IMG/VR virus record: IMGVR_UViG_2684623125_000003 | Coordinates: 3,873-67,872 of that record | Strand: one strand, 5' to 3' | Origin: a virus | Taxonomy: Duplodnaviria > Caudoviricetes | DNA length: 64,000 nucleotides | Part shown: piece by piece, positions 8,435 through 17,771 of the stretch | Numbering within the stretch: position 1 is the first letter of the stretch | Layout: the number at the start of each line of letters is the position of its first letter | Notes under the pieces: model-generated | Databases searched by the model: none | Told to the model about the DNA's origin: nothing | Seen by the model: only the letters and a program-made list of their open reading frames with translations | Position numbers and translations under genes: made by a program

Positions 8435-8688
8435 CATTGTCCTAGGTTGAGTTCCCGCTGGATGGCCTGCCGCCCATCCGGGCTGAGCGAGTTGATAAGG
8501 CTCAAGGCCAGTTGGCTGGTCGTGCGGCCCGATGGGCTCAATGGGTGGCTGTATGACACCTGGGACACCCAGCTGTGTCCGCATTCCGCATCCGTGCACT
8601 GGCAATACAGATCGGCGGTGTCACGGCTCAGGCGGTGCGTCTTGGTAATACGCCCCAGTTCCCCACATTCCCGACAAAATACCCGCAT
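8434..8688 (-). CDS. ogr: Ogr/Delta-like zinc-finger late activator
   Basis: CxxC...CQCTDAECGHSW. Confidence 0.92.
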   Translation of the reverse strand: MRVFCRECGELGRITKTHRLSRDTADLYCQCTDAECGHSWVSQVSYSHPLSPSGRTTSQLALSLINSLSPDGRQAIQRELNLGQ

Positions 8689-8736
8689 AAATCCCCCTGA
8701 TACCGTCGATAAAAAACCGCTCGATTATACCCTAAG

Positions 8737-8752
8737 CTGGATCTCTATACAG
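8737..8752 (-). promoter_or_regulatory. LexA (SOS) box upstream of ogr, overlapping the portal stop codon
   Basis: CTGTATAGAGATCCAG; TATAAT 7 bp downstream (8729-8724). Confidence 0.65.
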
Positions 8753-9791
8753 TAACACCGGCCTCCAGCGACCGATTGAAATCCACCTGCAGCCGGCGCG
8801 GCAAATTGGCGCCATTGATCGCATCCTGGATAAGCTCGCACATCGGGATCGTTTCGTTGCGAGCATAGGTCCGGTCGTACTGCTCCGGGTTGCCGAGCCC
8901 CCCACTGCCGTTGGCCGGGATGATGCCAGCGAGCGCGGCCGGGAACCGATGCGCCGTCAGCACATCCTGGGCGGTGATCGCCTTGATGGCGGCGAATTCG
9001 TCCTTGGTCGCGATGTCCCCCACTGGGATCAGCTTGATGCCATCGGGCTTGCCGCCCGGGATGTTGACGAACATCGAGCGAAAATTCCCGACCCCCTTGG
9101 AGCTGGCGATCATCTCCTTCATTTCCCTTTCTTGGTCATCGTCCATGTTCGGGTCGGTGGCGTAGAAGATGAACCCCATGTGCGCCCCGTTGAGGAAGTA
9201 TTTGCGCCGAAACATGGTGGCGTCCTGGTTGAGCAGGGCCGACTGCAGGCCTCCCAAGTAATCGGGCTGACCATACACCTGCTGCACCGGGTCGTACTGG
9301 GCCAGCCAGATGATGTCGGCCGCCAGGTAGTGCTTGTAACTGCCGTCCCGCTGCAGCATCAGGAAATTGCCATCCTGGCAGCGGCGCAGGTAAAGGCTCG
9401 ACAGAGGGTAGAGCCCGACCACCTGGCCAAACCCGTTGCGCAATTTCAGCAGCGCCGCGTCCCCGAACTGCAGCAGGTTATGCACAAAGGCGGTGATCAC
9501 CTCCCGGGGCACCCCTTCGCTGCTGATAAAGCGGCCCGATACCATATTGCGCCGCGCCATCAGGATGGCGCCATGGTGCGCATTGGCGCGGGCGACTTTG
9601 GCCAGTCCCTGCCGGTCGATAGGCGGCAGGTAATACTCGCCCCAGGGGCTGTAGAACACGTCCGTGTAGTCGGTCATCCAGGCCGTGGGGTCGATGGGCT
9701 CGGCCATGGAAAAGCTGACCGAGGGCCAGCTGCCGGTTGTACTGGGGGTGGGCCGCTCGGCCCGCTGATGAAAGCGCTGTTTGCGGCTCAT
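8745..9791 (-). CDS. Q: Portal protein (gpQ)
   Basis: YGQPDYLGGLQSALLN..FRRKYFLNGAHMGFI. Confidence 0.95.
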   Translation of the reverse strand: MSRKQRFHQRAERPTPSTTGSWPSVSFSMAEPIDPTAWMTDYTDVFYSPWGEYYLPPIDRQGLAKVARANAHHGAILMARRNMVSGRFISSEGVPREVITAFVHNLLQFGDAALLKLRNGFGQVVGLYPLSSLYLRRCQDGNFLMLQRDGSYKHYLAADIIWLAQYDPVQQVYGQPDYLGGLQSALLNQDATMFRRKYFLNGAHMGFIFYATDPNMDDDQEREMKEMIASSKGVGNFRSMFVNIPGGKPDGIKLIPVGDIATKDEFAAIKAITAQDVLTAHRFPAALAGIIPANGSGGLGNPEQYDRTYARNETIPMCELIQDAINGANLPRRLQVDFNRSLEAGVTV

Positions 9792-11598
9792 GTTTTCCTC
9801 GTTTGCTGATGGCCCAAGTGGATTTGCGGCGGCGCGATGTGTCGAGCGGTTCGTTGTCCACCGCGTGGGCGATGGCAAAGAACACGTCGGCGTGTCCGGT
9901 CTCGCTGCTGCGCGAGGCCCTAAACGTCAGCTGGCCGCCGCCGGTGGTGCTGCGCTTGATACTCATGAAGGCCAGCGGGATCTCGATGTCTTCCTGATCC
10001 CACTCGATGCGATCTGACTCGACCACATCCACCATTTTGAGGACCAGCCTGGCCTTACTCTCCACGTTGTAGTTAATCGGGGTGATGGTTGACTTGAACA
10101 CGGGCTGCAGCAGGTCATAGACCCCGCTACCCACCCCGGAGACGTCGATCCCTAGATAGGTGACTCGGAACTTCTTGGCGATCTTCTCGATCTCGTCCGC
10201 CTGGTAACGAAAGTTCATCCCGCGCCAGAAGTGCTTCTCCAGCACCCGGAATTTCTCGCCCGGGAACAGCGGCGGGGCGACCACCACCAGAGTGGCGTTA
10301 TCGCGGGTCCGGCTCGGGTCATAACCCAGCCACACCTCGCGCTTGCCAAACGGCTCGGGATGCCCCGGGGTGTAGTCGCTCCAGTTGCTGATACTGGTCT
10401 GGGCCCGCTCCATGTGCTGGAACTTGAACACCGAGGCTTCATCGTCCACAAAAGCGCACATGTAGAGGTGATCGAATACCTCGATGGCGGTCTCTTCGCG
10501 CAGCGCCTCGATGTCGATGAGCGTGAAACCCTTGGATACGGCATCTTCCAGGGTGAGGATGTAGCGCCACACCCGATCCGGGCAGACCCGGCCACCGTCG
10601 CGCAGCTCTGCTTCGGTCGGAAATTCGATAGCCTGGCGGGCCGGATCCTTGCCCTTCCAGTCATCCCCGGTCCACAGCTTGTAACCGCCGTGGGCCTTGC
10701 TGGACGGGGTGGAGAAAAAGGTCTTGCGCCAGTGGGATTGCGAGCCCATGCCGGTGGCCACGTCGGTGACCGCCTTGAAGTTCTTGATCCAGAAGTATTC
10801 ATCGGCGTAAAAGTTGCCGGTGTAGCCCTGGGCACTGTTGGCGCTGGTTGAGCAGAACACCAGCTGCGCCCCGTTGGAGAGCACAATGGGGTTGCCGGTG
10901 AGCTCTACCCCCAGGAACTTGCGCGCAATGTTGATGATGTAGGAGCGGAAGATTTCGGCCTGGGCCCGGGTCGCGGACAGGAACACCTGATTGCCGCCGG
11001 TCAAGATGGCATCCTCCAGCGCTTCGCCGGCGAAATAGTAGGTCATGCCGATCTGGCGGGACTTGAGGATATTGCGGGTGCGCGGGATGGCCGGGTCGTT
11101 CTTGACCTCCCGCACGTACAACTGGTGCGGGAACAGGGAAGCCAGCCACCCCTCGAAGTCTTCGGGGCCCAAGTCATTAACCCAGTTCTTGGTCTTCTTG
11201 CCGCCCTTCTTCGGCTTGCTCTCCCCGCGCTGGCGGCGTCCGTCACCCTCGCCAGCCTCATCTGACGGGGTGGCCTGCCGACGAGCCTTGAGGGCCTGCT
11301 CGCGCTCGGCCAGCTTGACGGCCTCCGCCTTGAGGGCGACGTGGTGGCTGATAAGCCGGTCCATTTCGGCCAGGTCGGCGTGGTTCTTCTTCGGCTTGGC
11401 GGCCAGCGCCTGGTAACGACGGGTGATCGCATCTTCCAGCGCCTCGTCGCTCAATAGCTCCGTCCAGCCATACTTCTCGGCCCACAGGTACACCACCCGC
11501 ACGCTGCCAAGGCCGAGTTCCTCCTTGATCTCCCGTGCGCTCCAATGGCGCAGATAAAGCCGTTTGGCGGTTTGTCGTACCTCTTCTGTATAGGCCAT
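9478..11598 (-). CDS. P: Terminase ATPase subunit (gpP) with anomalous C-terminal run-on into the portal gene
   Basis: LKSRQIGMT, DEYFW, GYDPS, HADVFFA motifs. Confidence 0.9.
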   Translation of the reverse strand: MAYTEEVRQTAKRLYLRHWSAREIKEELGLGSVRVVYLWAEKYGWTELLSDEALEDAITRRYQALAAKPKKNHADLAEMDRLISHHVALKAEAVKLAEREQALKARRQATPSDEAGEGDGRRQRGESKPKKGGKKTKNWVNDLGPEDFEGWLASLFPHQLYVREVKNDPAIPRTRNILKSRQIGMTYYFAGEALEDAILTGGNQVFLSATRAQAEIFRSYIINIARKFLGVELTGNPIVLSNGAQLVFCSTSANSAQGYTGNFYADEYFWIKNFKAVTDVATGMGSQSHWRKTFFSTPSSKAHGGYKLWTGDDWKGKDPARQAIEFPTEAELRDGGRVCPDRVWRYILTLEDAVSKGFTLIDIEALREETAIEVFDHLYMCAFVDDEASVFKFQHMERAQTSISNWSDYTPGHPEPFGKREVWLGYDPSRTRDNATLVVVAPPLFPGEKFRVLEKHFWRGMNFRYQADEIEKIAKKFRVTYLGIDVSGVGSGVYDLLQPVFKSTITPINYNVESKARLVLKMVDVVESDRIEWDQEDIEIPLAFMSIKRSTTGGGQLTFRASRSSETGHADVFFAIAHAVDNEPLDTSRRRKSTWAISKRGKHEPQTALSSAGRAAHPQYNRQLALGQLFHGRAHRPHGLDDRLHGRVLQPLGRVLPAAYRPAGTGQSRPRQCAPWRHPDGAAQYGIGPLYQQRRGAPGGDHRLCA

Positions 11599-11665
11599 GA
11601 GGCTCCCCAGTCATAAAGCTGGGGCTCATGATACTGAGCCGATCCCCCCCATCCCGCCGCCTTCA

Positions 11666-11699
11666 TTCGGATGAATTCGGATAACCCCCGCTATCCGAA
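11666..11699. promoter_or_regulatory. Putative late-activator site between the divergent P and O promoters
   Basis: TTCGGATA-N8-TATCCGAA plus upstream TTCGGATG; same arrangement at 46881-46914. Confidence 0.7.
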
Positions 11700-11775
11700 A
11701 TCGCCCGAACGCCTCTGAGTGCTCCCCTGCGCTGGCCCCGATAACCTGACGCCAATTCGACACCAGGAGGCCGCC

Positions 11776-12693
11776 GTGCCAACACCGACAGACTCATCAC
11801 TGCGCACCGGCTGGGTGGCGATCGCCACTGAGGGCCAGTCCGTGGATGGCCGTGAGATTTCGGCCAAGTGGATCACCGACATGGCCGACACCTACGATCC
11901 GACCTTCTATTGTGCGCAGCTGTGGCCGGACCATGAGAAGTGGGGCGAGAACCTGGGCTACGTGCAGGCCCTCAAGGCTGACAAGGTAGACGGCAAACAC
12001 ACCTTGTTCGCCATCCTCTGCCCGACCCGCGACCTCATCTATCAGAACCAGCGCGGCCAATACAAATTCTGCTCCATCGAACCGCTGGATAACTTCACCG
12101 GTCAGGGCAAAACCTACCTGTTTGCGGTGGGCGTGACGGACATCCCCGCCAGCACCGGCACCACCATGCTCAAGTTTTCCGCCAAGCACCCGTCGCCGAC
12201 CGTGGGGACCAGCCAGCCGCTGGACTTGTCTGGCTTCTCTTTCCCCGAGGACGAGCAGGGTGCCCCTGATCGCGTCTCGCTCCTGCACAAGGTGTTCAAC
12301 TTCCTGGGCGGTCACGGCGCCCCGACCGCGGCGATCCCCACTGAGTCACCGACCCGCCCCCAACCCGAGGACAGTATCGACATGAACGAAGAACAGATGA
12401 ACAAGCTGGCGGGGATGTTCACCGCGCTGGGCACCCAGATTGAAACCTTTGGCGCCAAGGTCGACGCGCTGACGGCAGACAAGCAACCGGCTGTCACCGA
12501 GCCGGCCACCGTAGTCGACCCCGCCCCGGTCGCCGTCACCAGTGAGCAGTTCTCGGCCTTCGAGCAGACCCTCAAGGGCTTGGGCGAACAGCTGACCGGC
12601 CTCAACGCCAAAATCGAAAAATTCTCGGTAGAAGCACCTGACCAGCGCCCCGATGCCCTGGGCGGCAGCGACACCCACCCGACCGTTTGCTGA
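11776..12693 (+). CDS. O: Capsid scaffolding/protease gpO
   Basis: IATEGQSVDGREI, VTDIPASTGT; GTG start after AGGAGG. Confidence 0.92.
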   Translation: MPTPTDSSLRTGWVAIATEGQSVDGREISAKWITDMADTYDPTFYCAQLWPDHEKWGENLGYVQALKADKVDGKHTLFAILCPTRDLIYQNQRGQYKFCSIEPLDNFTGQGKTYLFAVGVTDIPASTGTTMLKFSAKHPSPTVGTSQPLDLSGFSFPEDEQGAPDRVSLLHKVFNFLGGHGAPTAAIPTESPTRPQPEDSIDMNEEQMNKLAGMFTALGTQIETFGAKVDALTADKQPAVTEPATVVDPAPVAVTSEQFSAFEQTLKGLGEQLTGLNAKIEKFSVEAPDQRPDALGGSDTHPTVC

Positions 12694-12703
12694 GGAACCC
12701 TCT

Positions 12704-13783
12704 GTGAGTCAAACCAAAACCCCGCAGGCTGAGAAGTGCCTGAACCACTACAACGCGTTGCTGGCCAAAGCCTTCAACGTGCCCGAGAACGCGCTGGCCA
12801 AGCAGTTCTCGGTCAGCGCCCCCATGGAAACGGTGCTGCGCAGCGCCATCCTTGAATCCACCGAGTTCCTCAAACTCATTACCTGCCTGGACGTGGACCA
12901 GCTGACCGGTCAGGTGGTGCAGGTCGGCGCCAGTGCCCTGCACACCGGCCGCAAGGTTGAAGGGAGCTTTCGTCGCAAGATTGGGGTCGACGGCAACAAG
13001 TACAGCCTGACCGAGACCGATTCCTGCGTGCGCCTGGACTGGAGCACCCTGTGCACCTGGGCCAACGCCGGCCATGAGGGCCAGTTCGTGCAGTTGGTGT
13101 CCGACTTCACCAACCAGACTTTTGGCCTCGACATGCTGCGGGTGGGCTTTAACGGTACCCACATCGCCGATGATTCCGATCCGGCAAAGTATCCGCTCGG
13201 TGAAGACGTCAACAAGGGCTGGCAGCAGCTGGCGCGTGAGTGGAACAAAGGCAGCCAGGTGGTGAAAGCCGTCGCCGGCGACAAGATCTATTTCGACCCG
13301 GACGGCTACGGCGACTTCAAGACCCTGGATGAAATGGCCTCCGACCTCATCAATGCCACCATCAACCCGCTCTATCGCACCGATCCCCGTCTGGTGGTGC
13401 TGGTCGGTACCGACCTGGTGGCCGCGGCCCAGGCCAAGCTCTACAGCGAGGCCACCAAGCCCACCGAGCAGATCGCCGCCCAGCAGCTGGCCAAGTCCAT
13501 TGCCGGCCGCCCGGCCTACATCCCGCCCTATTTCCCGGCGAACGGGATGTGGGTCACCACCCTGGCCAACTTGCACATCTACACCCAGCGCAACACCCGC
13601 AAGCGCAAGGCCGCCGACAACGACGACACCAAGGGCTTTGAGAACCAGTACTGGCGTCAGGAAGGCTATGCCATCGGCGAATATGAAGCCTTTGGCAGCT
13701 ATGAAGAGGCCGACGTGGTGGTCGGCGCGCGCCCTGCCGCCCCGCCTGCAGGTGCTGACGCGCACAGCGAACCGGAGGCCTAA
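12704..13783 (+). CDS. N: Major capsid protein gpN
   Basis: LDMLRVGFNG, DVNKGWQQ motifs. Confidence 0.95.
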   Translation: MSQTKTPQAEKCLNHYNALLAKAFNVPENALAKQFSVSAPMETVLRSAILESTEFLKLITCLDVDQLTGQVVQVGASALHTGRKVEGSFRRKIGVDGNKYSLTETDSCVRLDWSTLCTWANAGHEGQFVQLVSDFTNQTFGLDMLRVGFNGTHIADDSDPAKYPLGEDVNKGWQQLAREWNKGSQVVKAVAGDKIYFDPDGYGDFKTLDEMASDLINATINPLYRTDPRLVVLVGTDLVAAAQAKLYSEATKPTEQIAAQQLAKSIAGRPAYIPPYFPANGMWVTTLANLHIYTQRNTRKRKAADNDDTKGFENQYWRQEGYAIGEYEAFGSYEEADVVVGARPAAPPAGADAHSEPEA

Positions 13784-13785
13784 CC

Positions 13786-14511
13786 ATGGCCCTCTCGCCT
13801 GGCATGCGTCACAAGCAGCAGGTCCTGGCCCAGTTGGGGGCGGCGCAAGCCGCCACCACCGGGCAAGCCACAGGACTTGTGGCCAACAGCTTGCACCTGC
13901 AGCTGATTGCCCTGGAACAGGACATGGCGCGGCTCAAGACGCTGGCCAGGATGAGCGACAAGGTGGCGATGAAGCGGGATGAGTTGTTCCCCAAGTATCG
14001 CCCCTACGTGGACAAGTACCTGGAACTGGCGGCGCTCGGCACCGTGTACCAGAACGCGCTGTTTCAACGCCTGATCGTCTGGGCGTTTGATATCGGCGAT
14101 CTGGAAACCGCCATCAATTGGGCGCTGCTGGCCATCGAGCAGAACCAGCGCACCCCGGGCAACATCAAGCGCGACTGGGCCCATTTCACCGCCGACACCG
14201 TGCTGGGCTGGGCCGAGGAGCAAGCGGCGCTGGGCCATGGCGTCGAGCCCTGGTTCTCCCGGGTGTTCGACAAGGTGCGGGGTGACTGGCGCCTCAACGA
14301 ACAGGCCACCGCCAAATGGTACAAGCTGGCCGGTTGCCTGCTGCTGCGCGACAAGGACGGGGTACCTCGCCCCAGCGCGCTGGCAGACAACGCCACCCTG
14401 GAGCAGGCCGACCACTGGCTGGCCCTGGCCGAGAAGACCCACAGCAAGATCGGGGTCGGCACCTTGCGCCACAAGATCGCCATGCGCCTGCGTGCACTCA
14501 ACCCAGAATAA
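13786..14511 (+). CDS. M: Terminase small subunit gpM
   Basis: IVWAFDIGD...KIGVGT; synteny. Confidence 0.9.
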   Translation: MALSPGMRHKQQVLAQLGAAQAATTGQATGLVANSLHLQLIALEQDMARLKTLARMSDKVAMKRDELFPKYRPYVDKYLELAALGTVYQNALFQRLIVWAFDIGDLETAINWALLAIEQNQRTPGNIKRDWAHFTADTVLGWAEEQAALGHGVEPWFSRVFDKVRGDWRLNEQATAKWYKLAGCLLLRDKDGVPRPSALADNATLEQADHWLALAEKTHSKIGVGTLRHKIAMRLRALNPE

Positions 14512-14616
14512 CGACTCCCACGCCACCGCGCCCCGGCGGGGATGAGCCTGCAGCTGACCGCTCGCACCGCGCTCAATCCCGTGGCCTCAGGGGCGCCCCA
14601 ATTGATAGGGCAGCAC

Positions 14617-15078
14617 ATGATTTCAGGCAAAAGCATCCGTTACAGCGAGCAGACCATCACCAATGACGGCTTTTGGCCTGACGTGGTGTGTGGCGACTTC
14701 GAGCGCCGGCGCGCCCTGCCCGCTGACATGGACAGCGACGCCATCAGTGCGGCCCTGCTGGCGGCCATCAGCGAAATCAACCTGCAGCTGACCCGCCACC
14801 AGGCCACCTTGCGAGCCCAGGGCTACTCCGAGGCCGATCAGGTGCCCGGCCCCCGGCTCGCCGGCGGCAACAACGCGCTGACCGAGACCTACCTGGCCGC
14901 CGTCTTTGCCCGGGCCAAGGCCATGCTGCTGCCCGAGTTCGCCACCGTCACCGAGCGGGACGCCCGCAAAGACCTGGCCGAGCGCGCCCCCGATCTGCGT
15001 GAGCAGCTGCTGGCCGAAAGCCAGCAGCTGGTGCGCAGCATCAAGAACAAGCACCGGGTCGGGGTCTCGATGATATGA
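14617..15078 (+). CDS. L: Head completion protein gpL
   Basis: ITNDGFWPD..YLAAVFARAKA. Confidence 0.9.
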   Translation: MISGKSIRYSEQTITNDGFWPDVVCGDFERRRALPADMDSDAISAALLAAISEINLQLTRHQATLRAQGYSEADQVPGPRLAGGNNALTETYLAAVFARAKAMLLPEFATVTERDARKDLAERAPDLREQLLAESQQLVRSIKNKHRVGVSMI

Positions 15079-15605
15079 GCGAAACCAACGAGGCCCTGCA
15101 TCCCCAGGGGTATTTCCTGTCAGCCCTGCACAGCGAGCTTGAGCGAGTCCTGCCAGCCCGCTGCGCCCGTTCCCTCGACAGCTGGATGGAGGGCGGCACC
15201 ATCAGCCTGGAACCCAAGGACATGGGGATCACTGGGATGGATCTGGCCTGGCTCAAATACACCGCCGTGTTTTCCCTGGAAAGCCTGCCGTTTCGGGAAT
15301 GCCGCACCGAGACCCTGCTGGCGGTGATCGCCAGCTGGATACAGGAAAACGACCCTTTCCGCGAACGCTTCGCCTTGCCCGATCCCACCTATGACGTGGT
15401 GCCCAATGACGAGCACAGCGCCGACCTGGATCTGGAGGTGCAGTTCGCCGAGCCCCTGCGCATCGTGGAAGACCCGGACGGTGCAATCCGCTGGCTGGAT
15501 AAGACCTGGACCGTGGCCCCCTTTGAAGTGTGGGTGGCCGATGAAATCACCCTGTCGGTGGCAGGCAGCGCCCACCCTGTCTACCCCCCTAACCCCGAGA
15601 CTTAA
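15075..15605 (+). CDS. Tail completion protein gpR-like
   Basis: Synteny; ADLDLEVQFAEP motif. Confidence 0.8.
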   Translation: MSETNEALHPQGYFLSALHSELERVLPARCARSLDSWMEGGTISLEPKDMGITGMDLAWLKYTAVFSLESLPFRECRTETLLAVIASWIQENDPFRERFALPDPTYDVVPNDEHSADLDLEVQFAEPLRIVEDPDGAIRWLDKTWTVAPFEVWVADEITLSVAGSAHPVYPPNPET

Positions 15606-15617
15606 GGAGCCCGCGCC

Positions 15618-16742
15618 ATGTGGCCTTATGTACAGATCAACAACTTGAACCAGATGCAGGGGCCGGTGACCGAGGTCGAACGCCACCTGCTGTTCATCGG
15701 CCACGCCGCCAACAACGCCGGTAAGCTGCTCTCCCTCAACACCCAGAGCGACTTCGACAAGCTGCTGGGTGATGCCGCCAGCGAGCTGAAAGCCAACCTG
15801 CAGGCCGCCATGGCCAACGCCGGCCAGAACTGGAGCGCCGGCGCCTACGTGCTGCCCGCGGAAATGGACTGGAAAGACGCGGTACGTGATGCCCAGAAAA
15901 CCCAGTCGTTTGAGGGGATCGTGGTACTGGGGCAAGCGTGGGACGAGGCGAAAATCAACGCCGCACACGCCCTCAACCAGGAGCTCATCGCCAAATGGGG
16001 GCGCTGGCAGTTCATGCTGCTGGCCGTGCCAGGCATCGTCTCGACCGCCGAGGGGGGTCAAGACTGGAGCGAGTACGAGGGGGCGCTGGCTGCCCTGCAA
16101 GATGGCATCCGAGCCGATTCGGTGTCTCTGGTACCGCAGCTTTGGCCGAACCTCGCCGGCGCCTATGCGGGGCGCCTGTGCAACCGGGCGGTGAGCATCG
16201 CCGACAGCCCCTGCCGGGTGAAGACCGGCGCCCTGGTCGGCCTTGGCAACAAGCCGGTGGACAAGGACGGGATCCCGCTGCCGCTGGCCACCCTGCAGAC
16301 CCTGGAGCAAAACCGGTTCTCGGTACCGATGTGGTACCCGGATTTCGACGGTACCTACTGGGCCGACGGCCGCACCCTGGACGCCGAGGGCGGCGACTAC
16401 CAGGTGATCGAAAACCTGCGCATTGCCTACAAGGTGGCGCGCCGGATGCGCCTGCGCGCCATCGCCCGTATCGGGGATCGCTCGTTCAACTCCACCCCGG
16501 GCAGCACCGCCACCGCCATCACCTACTTTGGCAAAGACCTGCGCGCCATGGCCAAGGCAACCACCATCAACGGCCAGCTGTTCCCCGGTGACATCGCGTC
16601 CCCCCAGGATGGCGACATCCGTATCCAGTGGACTGCCAAGAACCTGGTCTCGGTGTTTGTGGTGGTGCGCACCGTGGACTGCCCCAAGGGGATCACCGTC
16701 AACATCCTGCTCGATCTGAGCCTCAACAACGGGGAGGGTTAA
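15618..16742 (+). CDS. Tail sheath protein (HP1 type)
   Basis: MWPYVQINNLNQMQG..GRLCNRAVSIADSP. Confidence 0.9.
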   Translation: MWPYVQINNLNQMQGPVTEVERHLLFIGHAANNAGKLLSLNTQSDFDKLLGDAASELKANLQAAMANAGQNWSAGAYVLPAEMDWKDAVRDAQKTQSFEGIVVLGQAWDEAKINAAHALNQELIAKWGRWQFMLLAVPGIVSTAEGGQDWSEYEGALAALQDGIRADSVSLVPQLWPNLAGAYAGRLCNRAVSIADSPCRVKTGALVGLGNKPVDKDGIPLPLATLQTLEQNRFSVPMWYPDFDGTYWADGRTLDAEGGDYQVIENLRIAYKVARRMRLRAIARIGDRSFNSTPGSTATAITYFGKDLRAMAKATTINGQLFPGDIASPQDGDIRIQWTAKNLVSVFVVVRTVDCPKGITVNILLDLSLNNGEG

Positions 16743-16745
16743 CCC

Positions 16746-17201
16746 GTGACCAAACGCTTTTCCGGTATCAACTTCGACACCACCCTGATGGGGGCCATGG
16801 TCCACGTCGAAAAGGCCAGCCTCTCCATCACCGACAACAGCGCGGTGGCGCAAACCCGGGGCATTCCCGATGGCTATGTGGATGGGGATGTCGCCGCCGA
16901 GTGTGAATTCGAGGTCGACACCAAGAACTTCAAGTTGCTGATCGCCGCCGCCAAACAGGCCGGCAGCTGGCGCGGGATGGAGCCGGACGATGTGCTGTTC
17001 TACGCCAATACCGGCCGCGAGGAGATCAAGGTGGAAGCCTACGGCGTCAAGCTGAACGCGTCCGACCTGCTCGACATCGATCCCAAGGGCGGCAGTAAGG
17101 CCGTGCACAAGGTGAAAGGCTTCGTCACCTCCCCCGACTTTGTTCACCTCGATGGCGTGCCGTACCTCTCCAAGGACGACACCCGCCACCTGATGGATTA
17201 A
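16746..17201 (+). CDS. Tail tube protein (HP1 type)
   Basis: TRGIPDGYVDGDV..VTSPDFVHLDGVPYL. Confidence 0.9.
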   Translation: MTKRFSGINFDTTLMGAMVHVEKASLSITDNSAVAQTRGIPDGYVDGDVAAECEFEVDTKNFKLLIAAAKQAGSWRGMEPDDVLFYANTGREEIKVEAYGVKLNASDLLDIDPKGGSKAVHKVKGFVTSPDFVHLDGVPYLSKDDTRHLMD

Positions 17202-17211
17202 GGGGCGCGCC

Positions 17212-17421
17212 TTGGACGATATCGACCGCGCCAGCCGCACCACCGCCCGCATGCTGGCGGCCCAGCTGGCCAACCAGGTGGGCAAGGGGCGTTACCAGGG
17301 GGAGAGCCTGCACCAGTGCGAAGAGTGCGACGACCCCATCCCGGAAGGACGCCGCCGCCACATCCCCGGGGTGCGCCTGTGCGTCCCCTGCAAGACCCGC
17401 CTTGAGCGGCTGGGTCGCTAA
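17212..17421 (+). CDS. TraR/DksA C4 zinc-finger protein
   Basis: DDIDRA..CEECDDPIPEGRR..LCVPC. Confidence 0.9.
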   Translation: MDDIDRASRTTARMLAAQLANQVGKGRYQGESLHQCEECDDPIPEGRRRHIPGVRLCVPCKTRLERLGR

Positions 17422-17435
17422 CCAGAGCAACGGAC

Positions 17436-17771
17436 ATGAACCCTATGCCAAACAAAGACCCCATCATCGGTGCTGCCCTGCTGGCCTGGTTGATGGACAA
17501 CTGGCCCACCGTCTATGGGGCACTGCTGGCGCTGGCCATCGCCTTCCTGCGCATCACCTATGCCGGTGGGCGGGGTCGCCGCCGGCTGATCGAATCCCTG
17601 CTGTGCGGCCTCATCACCCTGGCGGCCGCCACCGGTACCCAGTTGCTCGGGATCCCCCAGGAAGCCACCCCGTTGCTGGGCGGCATGGTGGGACTGCTCG
17701 GGATCGACATCATCCGCGAGCGGGCCAAGACCGTGTTCAACAAGAAGGGAGACAACAATGCCGCGCAGTAA
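17436..17771 (+). CDS. Holin, lambda S family
   Basis: Three TM segments, precedes the lysin, MNPM possible dual start. Confidence 0.88.
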   Translation: MNPMPNKDPIIGAALLAWLMDNWPTVYGALLALAIAFLRITYAGGRGRRRLIESLLCGLITLAAATGTQLLGIPQEATPLLGGMVGLLGIDIIRERAKTVFNKKGDNNAAQ

